Positions 39,253 through 51,650 of a DNA stretch of 64,000 nt are shown here, piece by piece; the stretch's first letter is position 1; each line of letters starts with the position of its first letter. Source of the DNA: Moniliella sp. 'wahieum' (taxonomy: Eukaryota); contig RSEE01000112.1 in assembly GCA_003971905.1 (NCBI GenBank), positions 124,001 to 188,000 of the forward strand. Direction: 5' to 3'. Both the position numbers and the translations under genes were made by a program. Under the pieces are notes generated by a model. That model did no database searches. It saw only the letters and a list, made by a program, of their open reading frames with translations, and was not told the origin of the DNA.

Positions 39253-40361
39253 TTACTGGTCTTGTGGGTCGAGCTCAAACTCGTTCCCATAGAGTTTTTG
39301 GGAAAAGAAGGAAGGGTCAAACCAGTTGATGCGCACATAGCCGTCCTCGCCCCCGGTCGCAAAGCACTTGCCAAACGGATGGATGGCAATCGAGTTGACT
39401 GGACCAAAGTGGCCTGCAAACGGCCACACTCCTCTTCGAACACCTTGTGCCAAAACCGCGTTTCAAAGTGGCCCTGACTCGCACCTGTCGTCGTCACGTC
39501 CATTGCGTCCTGACCTCCACCTAGGATCACGTACGGCCGCGTAGGGTGCACCGCCGCTGAGTTCAACGGCGTCTCGGTCGAGAAGGTCTTGATCGGTTCT
39601 AGCGTACGTGCATCGAGTAACTTGGCCACCTTGTCCCGCGCCGACGTCACCACGTACGTCGCGTCCGCACTCAATTGTACATCCGTAATGTTGACCCAGG
39701 ATGCGCCAACACGCTCTTCTCCACCAACTCGGCAAACAGTCCCGATTCGGGCGCCTCGCGGCGTGCGCTAACCGCCTACCGTCCCGTCCGCATGGGCCGT
39801 GATGATCGCCTCGTCCAACGCGGCCCAACAGCTTGCGTAGGCTTGCCCTCCAGACCAGGCACCTCGATCGACCGCACAGGCTGGGTAGATTGCCGTGTAG
39901 GCTCAGTGCGGTTGATGGCAAATACCCGGATCACCGCTGGGATCGAAACACGCGCATCGGTAAACATGAGAATATGACTGTCGTCCGAACTCCATGCGAC
40001 CGAACGCACAGCCGTCGTAAACGTCCATTGGAACAACTCCTTGCCCGTTTCAACCTCCCACAACCGCATGGTATTATCTGCTGACCCCGTTACTAGCACC
40101 GCGTCTCGGAATCCACATCCACACGCCATACCGCCCCATTGTGCCCGTCGTACGTCCCGATCCGCTCACCGTTGTGCTAAACACACAGTTCACCACCTTG
40201 TCCCGCGACGAGGTGAAGAACAAATCGCCTTCCTTGTTGAACTGGATGTGGTTCAGCGGACGCTCGTGGCCGTGGAAGAGAATGGGGCGCTGGTGGTGGT
40301 GGTGGTGGTGGGATCAGCAGGTGCGCCGCACGGGGAGCAGGGGACACTAGTCACGTACCAT
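39253..40361 (-). CDS. TIF34: Eukaryotic translation initiation factor 3 subunit I
   Basis: ATG, intron, [69 protein letters not shown]. Confidence 0.96.
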
Positions 40362-40799
40362 GCCGAGGGGCGTGGGGTGGTGGCAAGAGGCGCGCTGGGC
40401 CTAAGGCCTACCATGTAACAGCGTCCCGCCTGACGAAAAACCACAAGAGCCACAGCGGGCACGGCGGCAGTGTGCCGCGCGAAGCTCCGCCCCCCGGCCT
40501 AAGGCCTAATTCCGCACCTGGTCCGACTGCTGGCTGCCCTGTGGATACCCAGGCTCAGCTAACGGACGACGGCGGCGACGAGGCCAATGCCAATGAGGAT
40601 GGCGATGGCGGTGGCGATGGCGGTGGCGATGATGATCAATGCACTGCAGGGCAGCGGGACATACGTCCGGTGCCCATCGGCAGCTGGTGCATGTGCATGC
40701 CGGCGGCAGAAGACGCACAGCAGGAAGAAGAAGGAAGAAGGAAGAACGCAGGAGGAGGAAGGAAGACGGAAGACGGAAGGAGGAAGTGGCCGCCATCAC

Positions 40800-41210
40800 T
40801 ACCACACAGAAGCACAGTCAGAGACGCAGCATCCTCCTCAACCACGACTTGTGTGCGTGCGCGTCGTGCGCGTCGGCTCGGCGAGATAGGCGTGGCGTGC
40901 TGGACGGCGGCGCGGACAGACGCCTGCTTGGCGCGCAGCTCCTCGGCACGGAAGGCGTCCTCGGCGTCTCTGTCGAGCGCATTCCACACCGCATGCGAAA
41001 CAGGAACATCGCACTGCTGTACAGCGCCACCTGCGTGATGGGTGCCATGGCCTGTGTCCACGCTGACGACGCTTGTGGCTCTGACACGGGTACGCGCGCT
41101 GCCAGCCCGCGGAGCGCAGCGCACTGCTGCTCAACCCCCGCAACAGCCACCGACCCGGGCGGCACGAACATGGAGCGCACAGCTCGTGTGCGGGCGAGCG
41201 GAAGAGCCAT
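40800..41210 (-). CDS. Small single-TM, probably mitochondrial protein (weak Ina17-like resemblance)
   Basis: Presequence-like MALPLARTRAVRS, hydrophobic MAPITQVALYSSAMFLF, then (after a frameshift) HAVWNALDRDAEDAFRAEELRAKQ coiled coil. Confidence 0.4.
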
Positions 41211-41311
41211 GCCGGCAGCACCAAACTAATGTGCTCCGAGGCGGTGGCAGCAGAGGGGGAGGGGACGAGGGACGAGGGAGGAGGGAGGATGGGGGGGCCG
41301 AGCCAGCTGGA

Positions 41312-42670
41312 ATGAAATTTCGTGCGCCAGCCTGGCCGCCCTGAAAGCAGAAAAGAATCTACACCGTCGACCCCCAGTGGGCTCACGGCCATCGCCACCA
41401 CCCCCACCACCTCCACCTCCACCTCCACCTCCACCTCTCCTCCTCCGCCACGCTGGCAAGCGCCTGGCGCGGATGCATGGCTCCTATGGTATTGGGCTCG
41501 GGGGCAACGTGTACCCCTACGGCTCGCATGCCCATGGCCACCCGTCCCACGTCCACGCCCATGGCCCGCCCGCGCACGTGCACGCGCACGCGCACGCCCC
41601 AGCGTACGCTAGCAGTACCTGGTCTGCGCCCTCGGCACCTGTTCCTCCCGCTGCCTCTCTGCCCGACGTGAGCAAGGCCCTGGCTGAAGCACAGAAAGCC
41701 CTCCAGAGACGTCACATTTCTCTCCCCGAGCCTGCCAACTGGCTCAAACGTACCACCATCTCCAGTACCCACAAAGATGCGTCCGTTGCCTCGCCTGGAG
41801 CGGCGACGCCACCTGGCTCGCTACGTGCGGAGACGAGGCAATCAAGTGTGGCCCGAGTCGCAGTACGGATGCGAGGTCGGCACGCGTGCTCACCGGTCAC
41901 ACTATGAAGGTCAACCTCGTCGCTTGGGCACCGAACGATCCGCGTATCTTGGCCAGTGCGGTCGGATAGGACGGTGCGTATGTGGGAGTACGTACAGGCG
42001 ATACGCCCACGTCGACCTTGTCTGTGCCAAGTACTGTGCTCAACATGGCTTTCCACCCGACGGGCTCTAGCCTCGCTGTGAGCGACCATGATGATCGTGT
42101 CTCCCGCTCGATCCACGCGGAGCTGGCACCCTAGGCTTAGTCCGAGACCGCAAGGCGTCAGCTAAAGAGGAAGTCAACGAGATTGCCTGGACGCCGATGG
42201 GACGCAGTTCCTCCTCGCTAAAAATAAAGGTGCAATCGAGGTGCTGGCTCCGAGTCCTGCGCCAGTGGAGCGCGACGAGACCCACTGTTGCCCTGGACAC
42301 GCACCCACCTCGTTCGAGGACACACATCACTTGTTCGCCCTCGCTTCCGACCCAACCAACCGCTTTGCCGTCTCAGGCGGCGCAGATAGCGTCCTGGCTC
42401 TGTGGAACACGTCGGACTGGACCAGTGCTGGCTCGTACGACGCTCTCACCGAGACTGTGCGCGCTGTATCGTTCAGCCACGATGGTGAGCTGATCGCCAC
42501 GGGGTGAAACGTCCTTGATCACCCTCGTCGCCTCCCAGACCATGGGCGCGGTGGCTCATATCCCCTTTTCGGGCGGAACAGGCACGCTCAGCTGGCACCC
42601 TTCGCGGTACACACTCGCCTACGCTGCGGGAAAGGCTCCTGCCGTAGTCAATGTCGCTGGACAGGTCTAA
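41312..42670 (+). CDS. TEX1: THO/TREX complex WD40 subunit THOC3/Tex1
   Basis: EVNEIAWT, FALASDPTNRFAVSGGADSVLALW, VRAVSFSHDGELIATG and SWHPSRYTLAYA match THOC3 blades. Heavily frameshifted; start uncertain. Confidence 0.75.
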
Positions 42671-42801
42671 ATCCAACCTGTTCATTCATCATTTTTTCTT
42701 TCTTTCTGCCTGCTGGTGAGGCTGCGCCTGGGTTTGGAGGGGATCTTGCGCTAGAAGGGACAGATAGGGGGGGGGGGGGAGGGGAATAGGTCCATAGGTC
42801 C

Positions 42802-43812
42802 TCATCCATCCAACGAGTACCCCAACTCTTTGGCCTTCGGACCGCTTCTCCAACTGAACCAAGTTGGACCACATGGGCTGCAAGTTGGAGTTGAGTGCGG
42901 CGCCAAATGCTGGGTCGCGCATCCACTCGAGACCATGCTGGAGCACGTTACGCGCACGCTGGTCCGACCCTGCGAGACCGTAGCACCCATGCAACGTCTG
43001 GCGCGTCTTGGATGGCAAATACGATGCACGATGTAAGATCGGCGGTAAAACGCCACTTGCCCCGGTTGTAGGCGCACGCGTAACGTCGTTGCCGGGTCGA
43101 CGGACCAGGCACCATCGAAGATCGCTTCGGATGCCTGCTCTATCGGCACGGGCGGCGGAGGCACAGCCTTATTGGCTTCTGTCTCGGCTGGCGTGCGTAC
43201 ACGCTTGTGCGAAACCAGGCACGAGGAACAGACACTCGTCCTCGTACAGCGGCGCGTTCCACTGAACCCCACCCACGTCCGACGCGAGGATCGCTTTTTC
43301 CTCCCTGCGTCACGTCGGGGCGAATGTCGTCCGGTGCCAGCTCAAGGCAAACGCCGAGGAAATCGGATTGATAAGCAAGTTGAACAGCTCAGCCTGCATC
43401 GCCGTCGTTGGCGCGGGGTGCACATACCACCCCGTCCTCGCCAGCCGCACTGTCCACCCAAGCAACGCGGCTGTGAAATGGCAAGCAATTGTCCTGCCCA
43501 TAGAACGCGCGAACAAAACCTCGTGCCCAGGCAGGGACGGGTGCATCACATGCTGCACCCCCACGAGTCGGGATGCGACGACCGTAAATGGCGGGAACTG
43601 GCGACCGACAATTCGACGGTGAGGCCACTCGCCCTTGCGCGTCGCCTCCACCGCGTCGTTCGCCGCACGCTGCAGCTGCGCAAACTCTTCCGACGCAGGG
43701 TCGAGCACTCCGCTCAGCACAACGTACCCGTGCTCCGCGTACGCTGCGCGGAGCGCACGCGCGTCGCGCTCGACACGTCCAGGTACGGCGAGGTGGATGT
43801 GGATGCGCACAT
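42802..43812 (-). CDS. Phytanoyl-CoA dioxygenase (PhyH)-family 2OG-Fe(II) dioxygenase
   Basis: YAEHGYVVLSGV, WPHRRIVGRQFPPF, GVQHVMHP, ELFNLLINP...FALSWHRD, LQPGQVAFY..IVHR, TLHGCYG...RARNVLQHG, ELGYSLDG*. Confidence 0.85.
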
Positions 43813-44367
43813 GCCGGGAAAGGTGGAGGAAGTGTAAGAGTAAGAGTAGGAGCGGCGGATGGCGCCGCTCAAACTCGGCGGTCTGTCCGCGCTTCCCAGG
43901 CCGGGTTACGCACGGCACACTCCCCGCCCGCTGGGTGGGGCAGCGATTGATGATTACGATTACGCCGTCCCATCCCATCCCCATCCCCCAGCCGGCGTAC
44001 CTTTCAGAATCCCCCAAGCGGCGCTTTCGCCGCCCAGGCATGCGGCTGCCCGGTGACATGTGACATCACCAGTGTCTCGTCTGGCCAGTGACGTGTGACG
44101 AGTGACTGGTGCCTGGGGTTGTTATCTCCACTCTCCGGCTGATGGTCGGCTCCCTTGTGGTTGTTGCTCCCCATGAATCTGGCGGGGGGAGGTGCTGGCT
44201 CCTTTCCGACAAAGTGTCCCTACGTCGACTCGATTCTTTTGCCCCCGCTGCGTCTCCCCCCACAAAAGATCCAATGTGTCTGCGGCAGTGTCTGTGCATT
44301 GAATATTACCAACGAAACGTCTCTTGTATGTGGCACCGGAAGGAGGGGGTTAGGGGAGTTTCCCGCG

Positions 44368-45315
44368 CTACAGCCCGTAAAACTGCGGGTTGACCATGGT
44401 GAACCCGCCATCAGTGTAGATCGTCTGGGCAGTGGTGTAGCGCGCGCCCAAGGAGGCTAGGAAGCCTACTGTTGCCGCCGCTTCGACGGGCGTCCTGCGC
44501 GCGGGACAAACAGCCCCGGTTTGGGCAACTGCTCCACCTGCGTCGGATCAATCTCCGTCTGGGGCGTAGCAATCATGCCTGGTGCGACGCCATTGACCGT
44601 GATGCCCTGGTGGCCCAGTTCGGACGCCAAGAATACCGTCAGACCACGGAGCGCGTGCTTGGCACACGTGTAAATCGAGCTGTTGGGCAACGGCGTTAGA
44701 CCATGCACCGAGTTGGTCATAATGATCCGTCCGTTGCCCCATTGCGACGTGTAAAAGTTGGCTTCGAGATCGGCCGAACCCTCGGTATCGCGCGTCCATT
44801 CTTGCGGTGGAGTTTGCTTTGCAAATTGCTTGGCTGCCAAAAACGAAAGCAAACCGGCGCATCAAAGTTGACCGCCATGCCCCGGTGAAACTATCCAGCA
44901 ACGCATCCACCTCTGCTTGCGTGCCCTGCGTCTTGCTCCCCTCCGCCGTCGTCTCGCCCAAACGCATAAACGGCGTCGGCGCAAACGCTCCCCAACCGGC
45001 ATTGTTGCACAGCACGTCCAACCGCCCAAACCGAGCCACGTGCGCCTCGAGCAAAACTGGCGCAGCTTCACTCGGCGCACCAAAGTCGTAACGAAAATCT
45101 CCGCTTCCACACCATACACAGTTTCCAACTGCTCCTTCAGCCCTTCCACCACCACACGGCTTTCCCCCGGACGCACTGTCAGGCCCACGTTGAACCCCTG
45201 CGAACCTAGCTGCCGCGCAATCGCTACCCGATCCCGCTGCTCGAGCCGGTCACCAGCGCTGTGCGCCGCACCACGCCGCAGGCACGGGCGCACGGAGAGA
45301 TGTAGCTTGGCTCAT
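44368..45315 (-). CDS. Classical short-chain dehydrogenase/reductase, YohF-like
   Basis: ALVTGSSSGIG, FGRLDVLCNNAG, GRIIMTNSVHGLTPLPNSSIYTCAKHAL (YxxxK), VNGVAPGMIATP, YTTAQTIYTDGGFTMVNPQFYGL*. No intron seen. Confidence 0.9.
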
Positions 45316-47168
45316 GGTTGGAGTGGTTAGGGTGGTTAGGGTGGTTGGGTGGTGCAAAGCGCAGACGAGAAGGTGGAGAGATGGGGGGTGGGAGAAGAGC
45401 GCCGTGGTGGTGCAGCAGCGGGGCTTTTTATCTCGCCCGTGCGGAGCGGGGGGCTGCCAGTAGCCCAGGACAGGACAGGTACGCTAGGGATACTGGAGTG
45501 CTGAACTTGACAGTTGAACCAAGTTGAACGGTGAACGGGTGAAGGGTGAATATTGAATGGTGAACCATCCGACGGGGAAATCGGCGGGCCAGCTGCGCAC
45601 TGGCCGTCTCAGATGCCTGATGCCCGGCGAGAAATCTAAATCTAAATCTAATCAGTACTCCCACGAGTCAGACTGATACGCAGTGCCTGATGGGTCGGCG
45701 CATTAGGCCTTAGGCCTTAGGGGCGGGGGTTAGCATAGAATGTTAGCATAGAATGGGCAGGCCCAGTTCATAGCTTGGGCCTGGGCCATAGGGATGGGCC
45801 GGGGCGATGGCCCCCACGGGCGAACAGGCGATATCGAGTGACTAGGAGCGACATGCGTGACAGGTGTGTGGGGACAGCCAGCCAGCCAGCAGGTAGCTGG
45901 CTGGCCTTGGGCCTTGCCAGCGTTGCTCAGCTCACTAGTCACTCTGTACAATCAGGACCTCAGTACGCCGGACTAGCGCGCCGCCTGGCACGGCCCGGCG
46001 AAAACCGCCGCTGCTGCTTCGACGGTGCTTTTCAGATATCTCATCGACTCATTCAATTGGCAATCAATTAATCAGGCCCAGGGCGAGGTATTGATCAGAC
46101 GCACTCGTCGTTGGCCAATTTAATAACGGCCATGGCAAATGCGACGCCCAAAAGTGGTATGTGGTGTGTGGTGTGTGGTGTGTCGTCTGTCGTGTGTCGT
46201 GTGACGACGGGGGGGGGATAGATATGGGGAACCGAACCGAATAGACTCTTAGCCAGCCCTAAAGCCTAACCCACAATCTTCGTCCGTATCATCGACATTT
46301 AATATTCATCTTCCCCCAGTGCCCAGCCAGACTTGCCCCAGTCCGGCCAGACCCCAGCAGGCGGGAATTTACTATTCTGCAATAACATTACGGAACCGAT
46401 GCGAGATGCGAGACGCCGGTCTGGGAATCCGTCCCAGTGCGGGCCAGAACAGAGAGAAAGAACAAAGTCCAATCATATCCTCTTTCAAAAACCGAGTTGA
46501 TGGAGCTTAATTCAAGCTTCAAGCTGCACAGGAAGTGTGACTGTCGCATGTCGCATGTCGCATGCCACAGAGGGCCTGAACGTGCAGGTTCAGGCTGAAC
46601 GTCCAAGTTGCCACTCAACGTTACGCGTTATTACGGCTTGTGGTTGACGCGGCCGAGACGGGAGAATGGCCGCTAAGATCAATAATTAGGAGGCCAAAGG
46701 AGGCCATCCTCTGCCATCCTTGGCCATCATGCATCTTCCACGATGGCCACAGGGAAGGGGGAACGACCAAGAAATCAAACACTGAACGAGGCGCATGGTC
46801 CAGCACGGGCTAGGTTCTTGTACCTGCATAGGCGTGCGACCACCTCCACTGAGATATGCATGGAAGGGGGGGGGGGGGCATGGCCTGAGGAGAAACAAAC
46901 AACAATCGACAGGAGGGAGAGCGGTACGGGGCCTTTGCTGCGCAGTGGGGTTTTGGGGACAGCAGAATCAAGTCAAATCAAGTCACTCTACTCGGAGGCC
47001 TAGGCAACCCCATGCCCCATGCCCCGGCGCGTAACTCGTGATTACTGATTACTGAATACAGACCAAGATCAGTACATCAGTAGCCCTTTTGTCTCTTGTC
47101 CTGTGCATGTGCGGCCACGCGCGACGTGACAAGTGACAAGTAGCAACAGAGCCGGCCAGGACTACACG

Positions 47169-48269
47169 TTACGTCGTAGTCGTTGGTACGGACGTTTCGC
47201 GGGCGCGTTGGGCTGGCCGATCGCGCTCGTCCTTCTCGGCCACTTCGGAGATGCGACAGGGAGACGAAGAAATGAGGCACGGCCATGCCCGGTTCGGTGC
47301 GACGGCCAAGTTGGCTAGGCCGCGTTGTCGCCGCCACCAGTTGGTCCGGCGAAGGATGGAAGCTGCAAGTGGGCAGTCGGGCCGGGTCAGCGTCCAGCCA
47401 GGGTCCAAGGAAAAAGAAGAAGAAAAAAAGTAGATGAGTAAGGGGAGAGACGTACGTGTCAAGGAATCCCCAGCGGGAAACGAAGCCCTGGCTCAACTCG
47501 TACGCTTCGGGATCCAATGGGTCGTCACCATGCACGCAGTAGGCCGTGTCCCATGGATTGGCACTCTCCCCGCCCCACAGTTCCACACACAGGTCCAGCT
47601 CGGAAAAGTACCCGCACAAGATCCCCAGCAGGATGCGCTCGCGCACCTCGGGCCAGGGGAACGACGCATCAAGGAAAAAATGGTGCGGCACAAGGGCAGA
47701 TACCTTGCTTGGCGCGTACTGCGCAGGAAGACGTCCCAGTACAGTTCCCGCCCAGACGCATAGTCCTCAGCAAGGTACGACAGTGACAGGTCGTCGTCCC
47801 ATACCGCCTTGGCCACCCCAAGCCGCGCTCCCAACGTGTCGAATACATAGGATACATCAAACGACGGCATCAGCCGCTGGTCGCCCCACGCATTGCCAAC
47901 AACCAGACGAGACAGATCCCACGTGCGCGGCGCGGCGAACGCGAGCGCACCAGCGTCCGCTTGGCTCGAGGAAGGCGGCCTGCAAGGGGGTCCACACGGC
48001 CACGCGGAGGGGAGGCCGGAGGAAGATCCCACCAGCGGCCCGGCGCTGGCCACGTGCTGCTGCTGGGGAAGGGGGAAGGAGGGGGGCGGGAGTGGTGGTG
48101 GTGGTGGTGGTGGTGGTGGTGCGGCGGGCAGCTCCGCATGGGGGGGCGGGGCACGCAAACGTCGACGGCGGAGGCGGAGGCGCAGCTGGGCCAGACGGTT
48201 CTGCTCGCGGCGGCGCACCCGCCGCAGCTCAATCTGCTCCGCCGTCAGCTCCTGCCGTCGGGGCGCCAT
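47169..48269 (-). CDS. bZIP-like transcription factor with DUF3425 domain
   Basis: RRVRRREQNRLAQLRLRLRR basic region; PHHFFLDASFPWPEVRERIL, DPLDPEAYELSQGFVSRWGFL, intron, ILRRTNWWRRQRG. 3' end approximate. Confidence 0.85.
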
Positions 48270-48779
48270 GGCGGGGGTTACCGGTTAGGTGTTGTGGTTG
48301 TGGTTGGGGCCTTGCTAGCTATCTAGCCGCTCGGCCTGCCCTGCCATCACATGCCACATCACATGCCACATCTTAGGGTTACCCCCGGCAGTCCGGCGTC
48401 CTGCGCCATAGTGCCTCTGGATGCCCCGGGAGCCAAGAGGCAGCGGGGCAGTGTGCCGCCCACCCGCCTCGTCGCCTTGGCGCGGCTGGTCTCACATCTC
48501 ACATCTCTCATTCGTATCCTATATCGTATCGCACATGCACCCCATCCACGCGGGTATCTCGGGCGTCTGACTGGCAATCGCGCCAGGCTGCGCGTCTTCC
48601 CACCACCACCACGGGAGAGTCTGAGTCTACGGAGGAGAATGCCACATGCAGACCTTAGTAGTGCGAGCTTGTCCCTCTCCCGCTGGGAGAAGTGGCGAGG
48701 GACACTAAGTAACTCTTCACATGGAAGCGGGATGCGCGGAGGTAGTAGTGTCATCAGTGTGTCTACCAGGCACGCCTTT

Positions 48780-50045
48780 TGTTTTTGCTCCTGGCTTTCT
48801 TCGGCCTGGCCCCACAGCGACACGGGGCACTGTGTACACGCCAGGTGCGCGCATTGAATCTATGGTTCCTGCGGGCTGTGTCGTGTCAGCCAGCACACCA
48901 CGTTCCGGGCGTGGGATGTGGAAGTGCCGTTCTCAATGGAAAAAATGGACACGCCCTTGGATGTGCGTCAGCCAGTGGGGCTGGACAGGCGGTCCGGCTA
49001 GGTGGCCACAAGTGCATGCGGCGCTGTACGGGTTGCGCTCTTCCCCGCGCTCCTGGTACACAACCTTGGCGGCCAGCGTTGCCCTCGCTGGACTTTCGTT
49101 CTTCGCTGGCCGATGCGGGCCTCTACATCAAGGACGGTCCGGAGCCTGTGTACCTGTTGTGCAGGGTTGACGATGTTGCTGTGCTGCCTCTCCGAGTGAC
49201 GACGCGTTGCCTCGTGTCCACCGTGCACTGAACGATTACTTTGTGGTCAAGCATCTCGACCCGATTCAGCAAATGTCGGGAAGTCAAGGTGGAATACGAT
49301 GGGGTTGGAGGTCGCCTGAGTCGGGGCCAATCTCCCAGGCGCTCAGCTCCTTGAGGGGGAGGGCTTGGCTGCGGCGGGTCCGCAGTTTGCGGCCTGTGAC
49401 CAAGTCGGTGGTCAGTGCTGTGCGTGCCAAGTGGGCTGAGGAGGAGGAGGAGGAGGACGGGACCAATCCTCAGCGCACTACGGTGGGAGTACACACTAGT
49501 GAGATCGATCCAGTATATGCGGCCCAAGGCAGGATAGTGCGTTTTTTGCTGATGGATTTGCGGGGCTGTCTACTGCCACCCGAGACCAAGCAGTCATGGC
49601 CAAGTCGTGAACCGGATTCGTCCTCACCTAGTCGGTCACCAACTCAAGCCAGTGGTGCACACCCGCCAGCCCATCGAGGCAATCCAGGGATGCACGGACG
49701 CCGATTTCGCTCAAGAGTTGGATCGCACGTGTATCGGAGGATACGTGTTCAAGGTGGCTGGAAGTGGACCCAAAGCATGAGTCAAGATCGCAGGACTTTG
49801 GGATGAGCCAAACAGGCATGACCATCGGAACTGGACAACCAGCTGCTCTTACTTTCCTGGGGGCAACCCAGAAGAATCAAGCACCACGGCGTTCCCCTCT
49901 AAGCAATGCGCGAATGGACGGAGGCCGGAACAATTCAATATCCGAGTATTGTCCCACCCCGTCCATGGTGGCCGACTTCCTCACCAAGGCCGTGTCTGCT
50001 CCTGCGCATGTCTGTGGATGCAAGAGTGCTGGTCTTGAGGGCTGT
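48780..50045 (+). mobile_element. Decayed Ty1/copia retrotransposon (RT-RNase H remnant)
   Basis: DV.SAVLNG, ALYGLRSSPRSWY, DAGLYIK...LLCRVDDV (YVDD-like), FVVKHL, EYCPTPSMVADFLTKAV. Confidence 0.85.
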
Positions 50046-51650
50046 CATTGAGACTGTCCAAGTACTTACAGACCATCAGGCCATTGCTATGTTCCGCAAT
50101 CACCGCCTATTATTGAACCGCCGCAGGGCCTAAGGCGCCATACCCTGCCCCCCTACCGCCTTGCTAGGGTGTACCGTCCCGGACAAAAGAATGGTACGAA
50201 CGACGGATTGCCGCGCCGGACCGACGCTGAAGGGTCCCGGACCGCAGACGCAGACCCCAGGTACTGATGGAGCCCGTGTCCCTACGTTCTGCCACCGATC
50301 TCGAGCTCTTCGCGACCCATTGCCAGAAGTGGCTCGTGAAGATCAGTCCCCGACCATTCACCAGACTTCAAGGAAAAAAGTAGCGAAAAACGTGGTGTAC
50401 AAACCAGCGTGCGAGCTGTGGTGCGGTGTCCGTCGTGTGGACGTGAATGAAGTGACCCATTTTGGGAACCGATCCGCCACCACCAAAAAACGCGTCGGAA
50501 CCATTGGATCCGGGGAACTGGGCTATGTGGGTCCATCGTCAAGTTGGTCTACGGGTCTTGGGGAATAGTCCGGTCGGCTGGTGGCCATAGGCGCTTTGGC
50601 CCGTTGAAGCGGTCGCACGAGCGCACGTAGGCCCCCCATGTCGGCTGACAGACGGAGCCACCAATCCTGAGTTCAAACACGGGCCAACATCGTGCCACGC
50701 TCTTCGTGGCCCGCCAAGGCCGAGTCATGGGCTTGATGGAGGATGGCAGCGCGGATCGGCGGGTCGGCGGGGACGTAGACCTGGTCAGCGTGCCACAAAA
50801 GACCGTCGCGGAGCGTCAAGGAATGGTGGAGTGTAACCCTGGTGTGCAGACTTGGGCATCAAGTCGATCTTCAGCACTGCGTCCCACCCCCAGACCGACG
50901 GCCAGGCCGAGCACCTCAACCAGATCCCCAAACAGGACCTCCGCTGTTACCTCGACGAGCAGCAGTCCAAAATTGGTTCGACCTCCTCTCCACGGCCGAA
51001 TTTGCCTACAACTCTCCTCCTCCCACTCGAACACCCACCAATCCCCCTTTGTCCTCATTTATGGTTACTCCCCTGGGGGAGAGTTGAAAAAAGCCCACCA
51101 CTTCGCACGCGACCGACGCTGCGTCGTACGTTGAGGATTTGCGTTCGCGGCTCAGCTAGGCGCCCGCCGGACGCTCACCGCGGCTCAAGAACGCTACAAG
51201 CACTATGCCAACCAGCAGCGCACCGAGGCGGCTTCCTTCACTGCTGGCCAGCTTGTCTTGGTCCGCCAGGACGGGCATGTGTCTAGCCATGACAACGATC
51301 TTCTGACGGCCTCGAGGATCGTTACCTAGGCCCCTTTCCCATTGTCCGCGCCGTGGGCCGCGCCGCGTATCAGGTTCGCTTCCCGACTACTACCTACACC
51401 TCCAAGACGTGTTTCGTGTGTCCTGCTCGTTTGCCTACACCCCGGGTGACCTGGTCCCTGCCGGCATGATCGAGCCCCCGTCTCCTCTCCCTAAATATCA
51501 AATTATGGTGCGGTGCATCACGAGAGGTCGAACAGGTCCTCAACTCTCCCGTGCCTTGGAGGCCGCATTGCGTACTTCGTTCATTTCCGAGGCTGCTATC
51601 CCGTCCACGAGCGGAAGTGGGGTATATCCGCCGTGGACATGTCTCATGAC
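50046..51650 (+). mobile_element. Decayed Ty3/gypsy retrotransposon (RNase H-integrase, possible chromodomain remnant) with inverted internal segment
   Basis: VQVLTDHQAI...LLNRR (RNase H); on + LGIKSIFSTASHPQTDGQAE, WFDLLSTAEFAYN, SPFVLIYG, RYLGPFPIVRAVGRAAY; integrase N-half (YVRSCD, LVVADRF, GLIFTSHFWQ) on - at about 50320-50830. Confidence 0.88.

Noticed and set aside
45326..45350. GGTTAGGGTGGTTAGGG as a telomeric repeat
   Set aside because: Only two TTAGGG units in a 9-bp period, located in the SDR 5' leader and internal to the contig.
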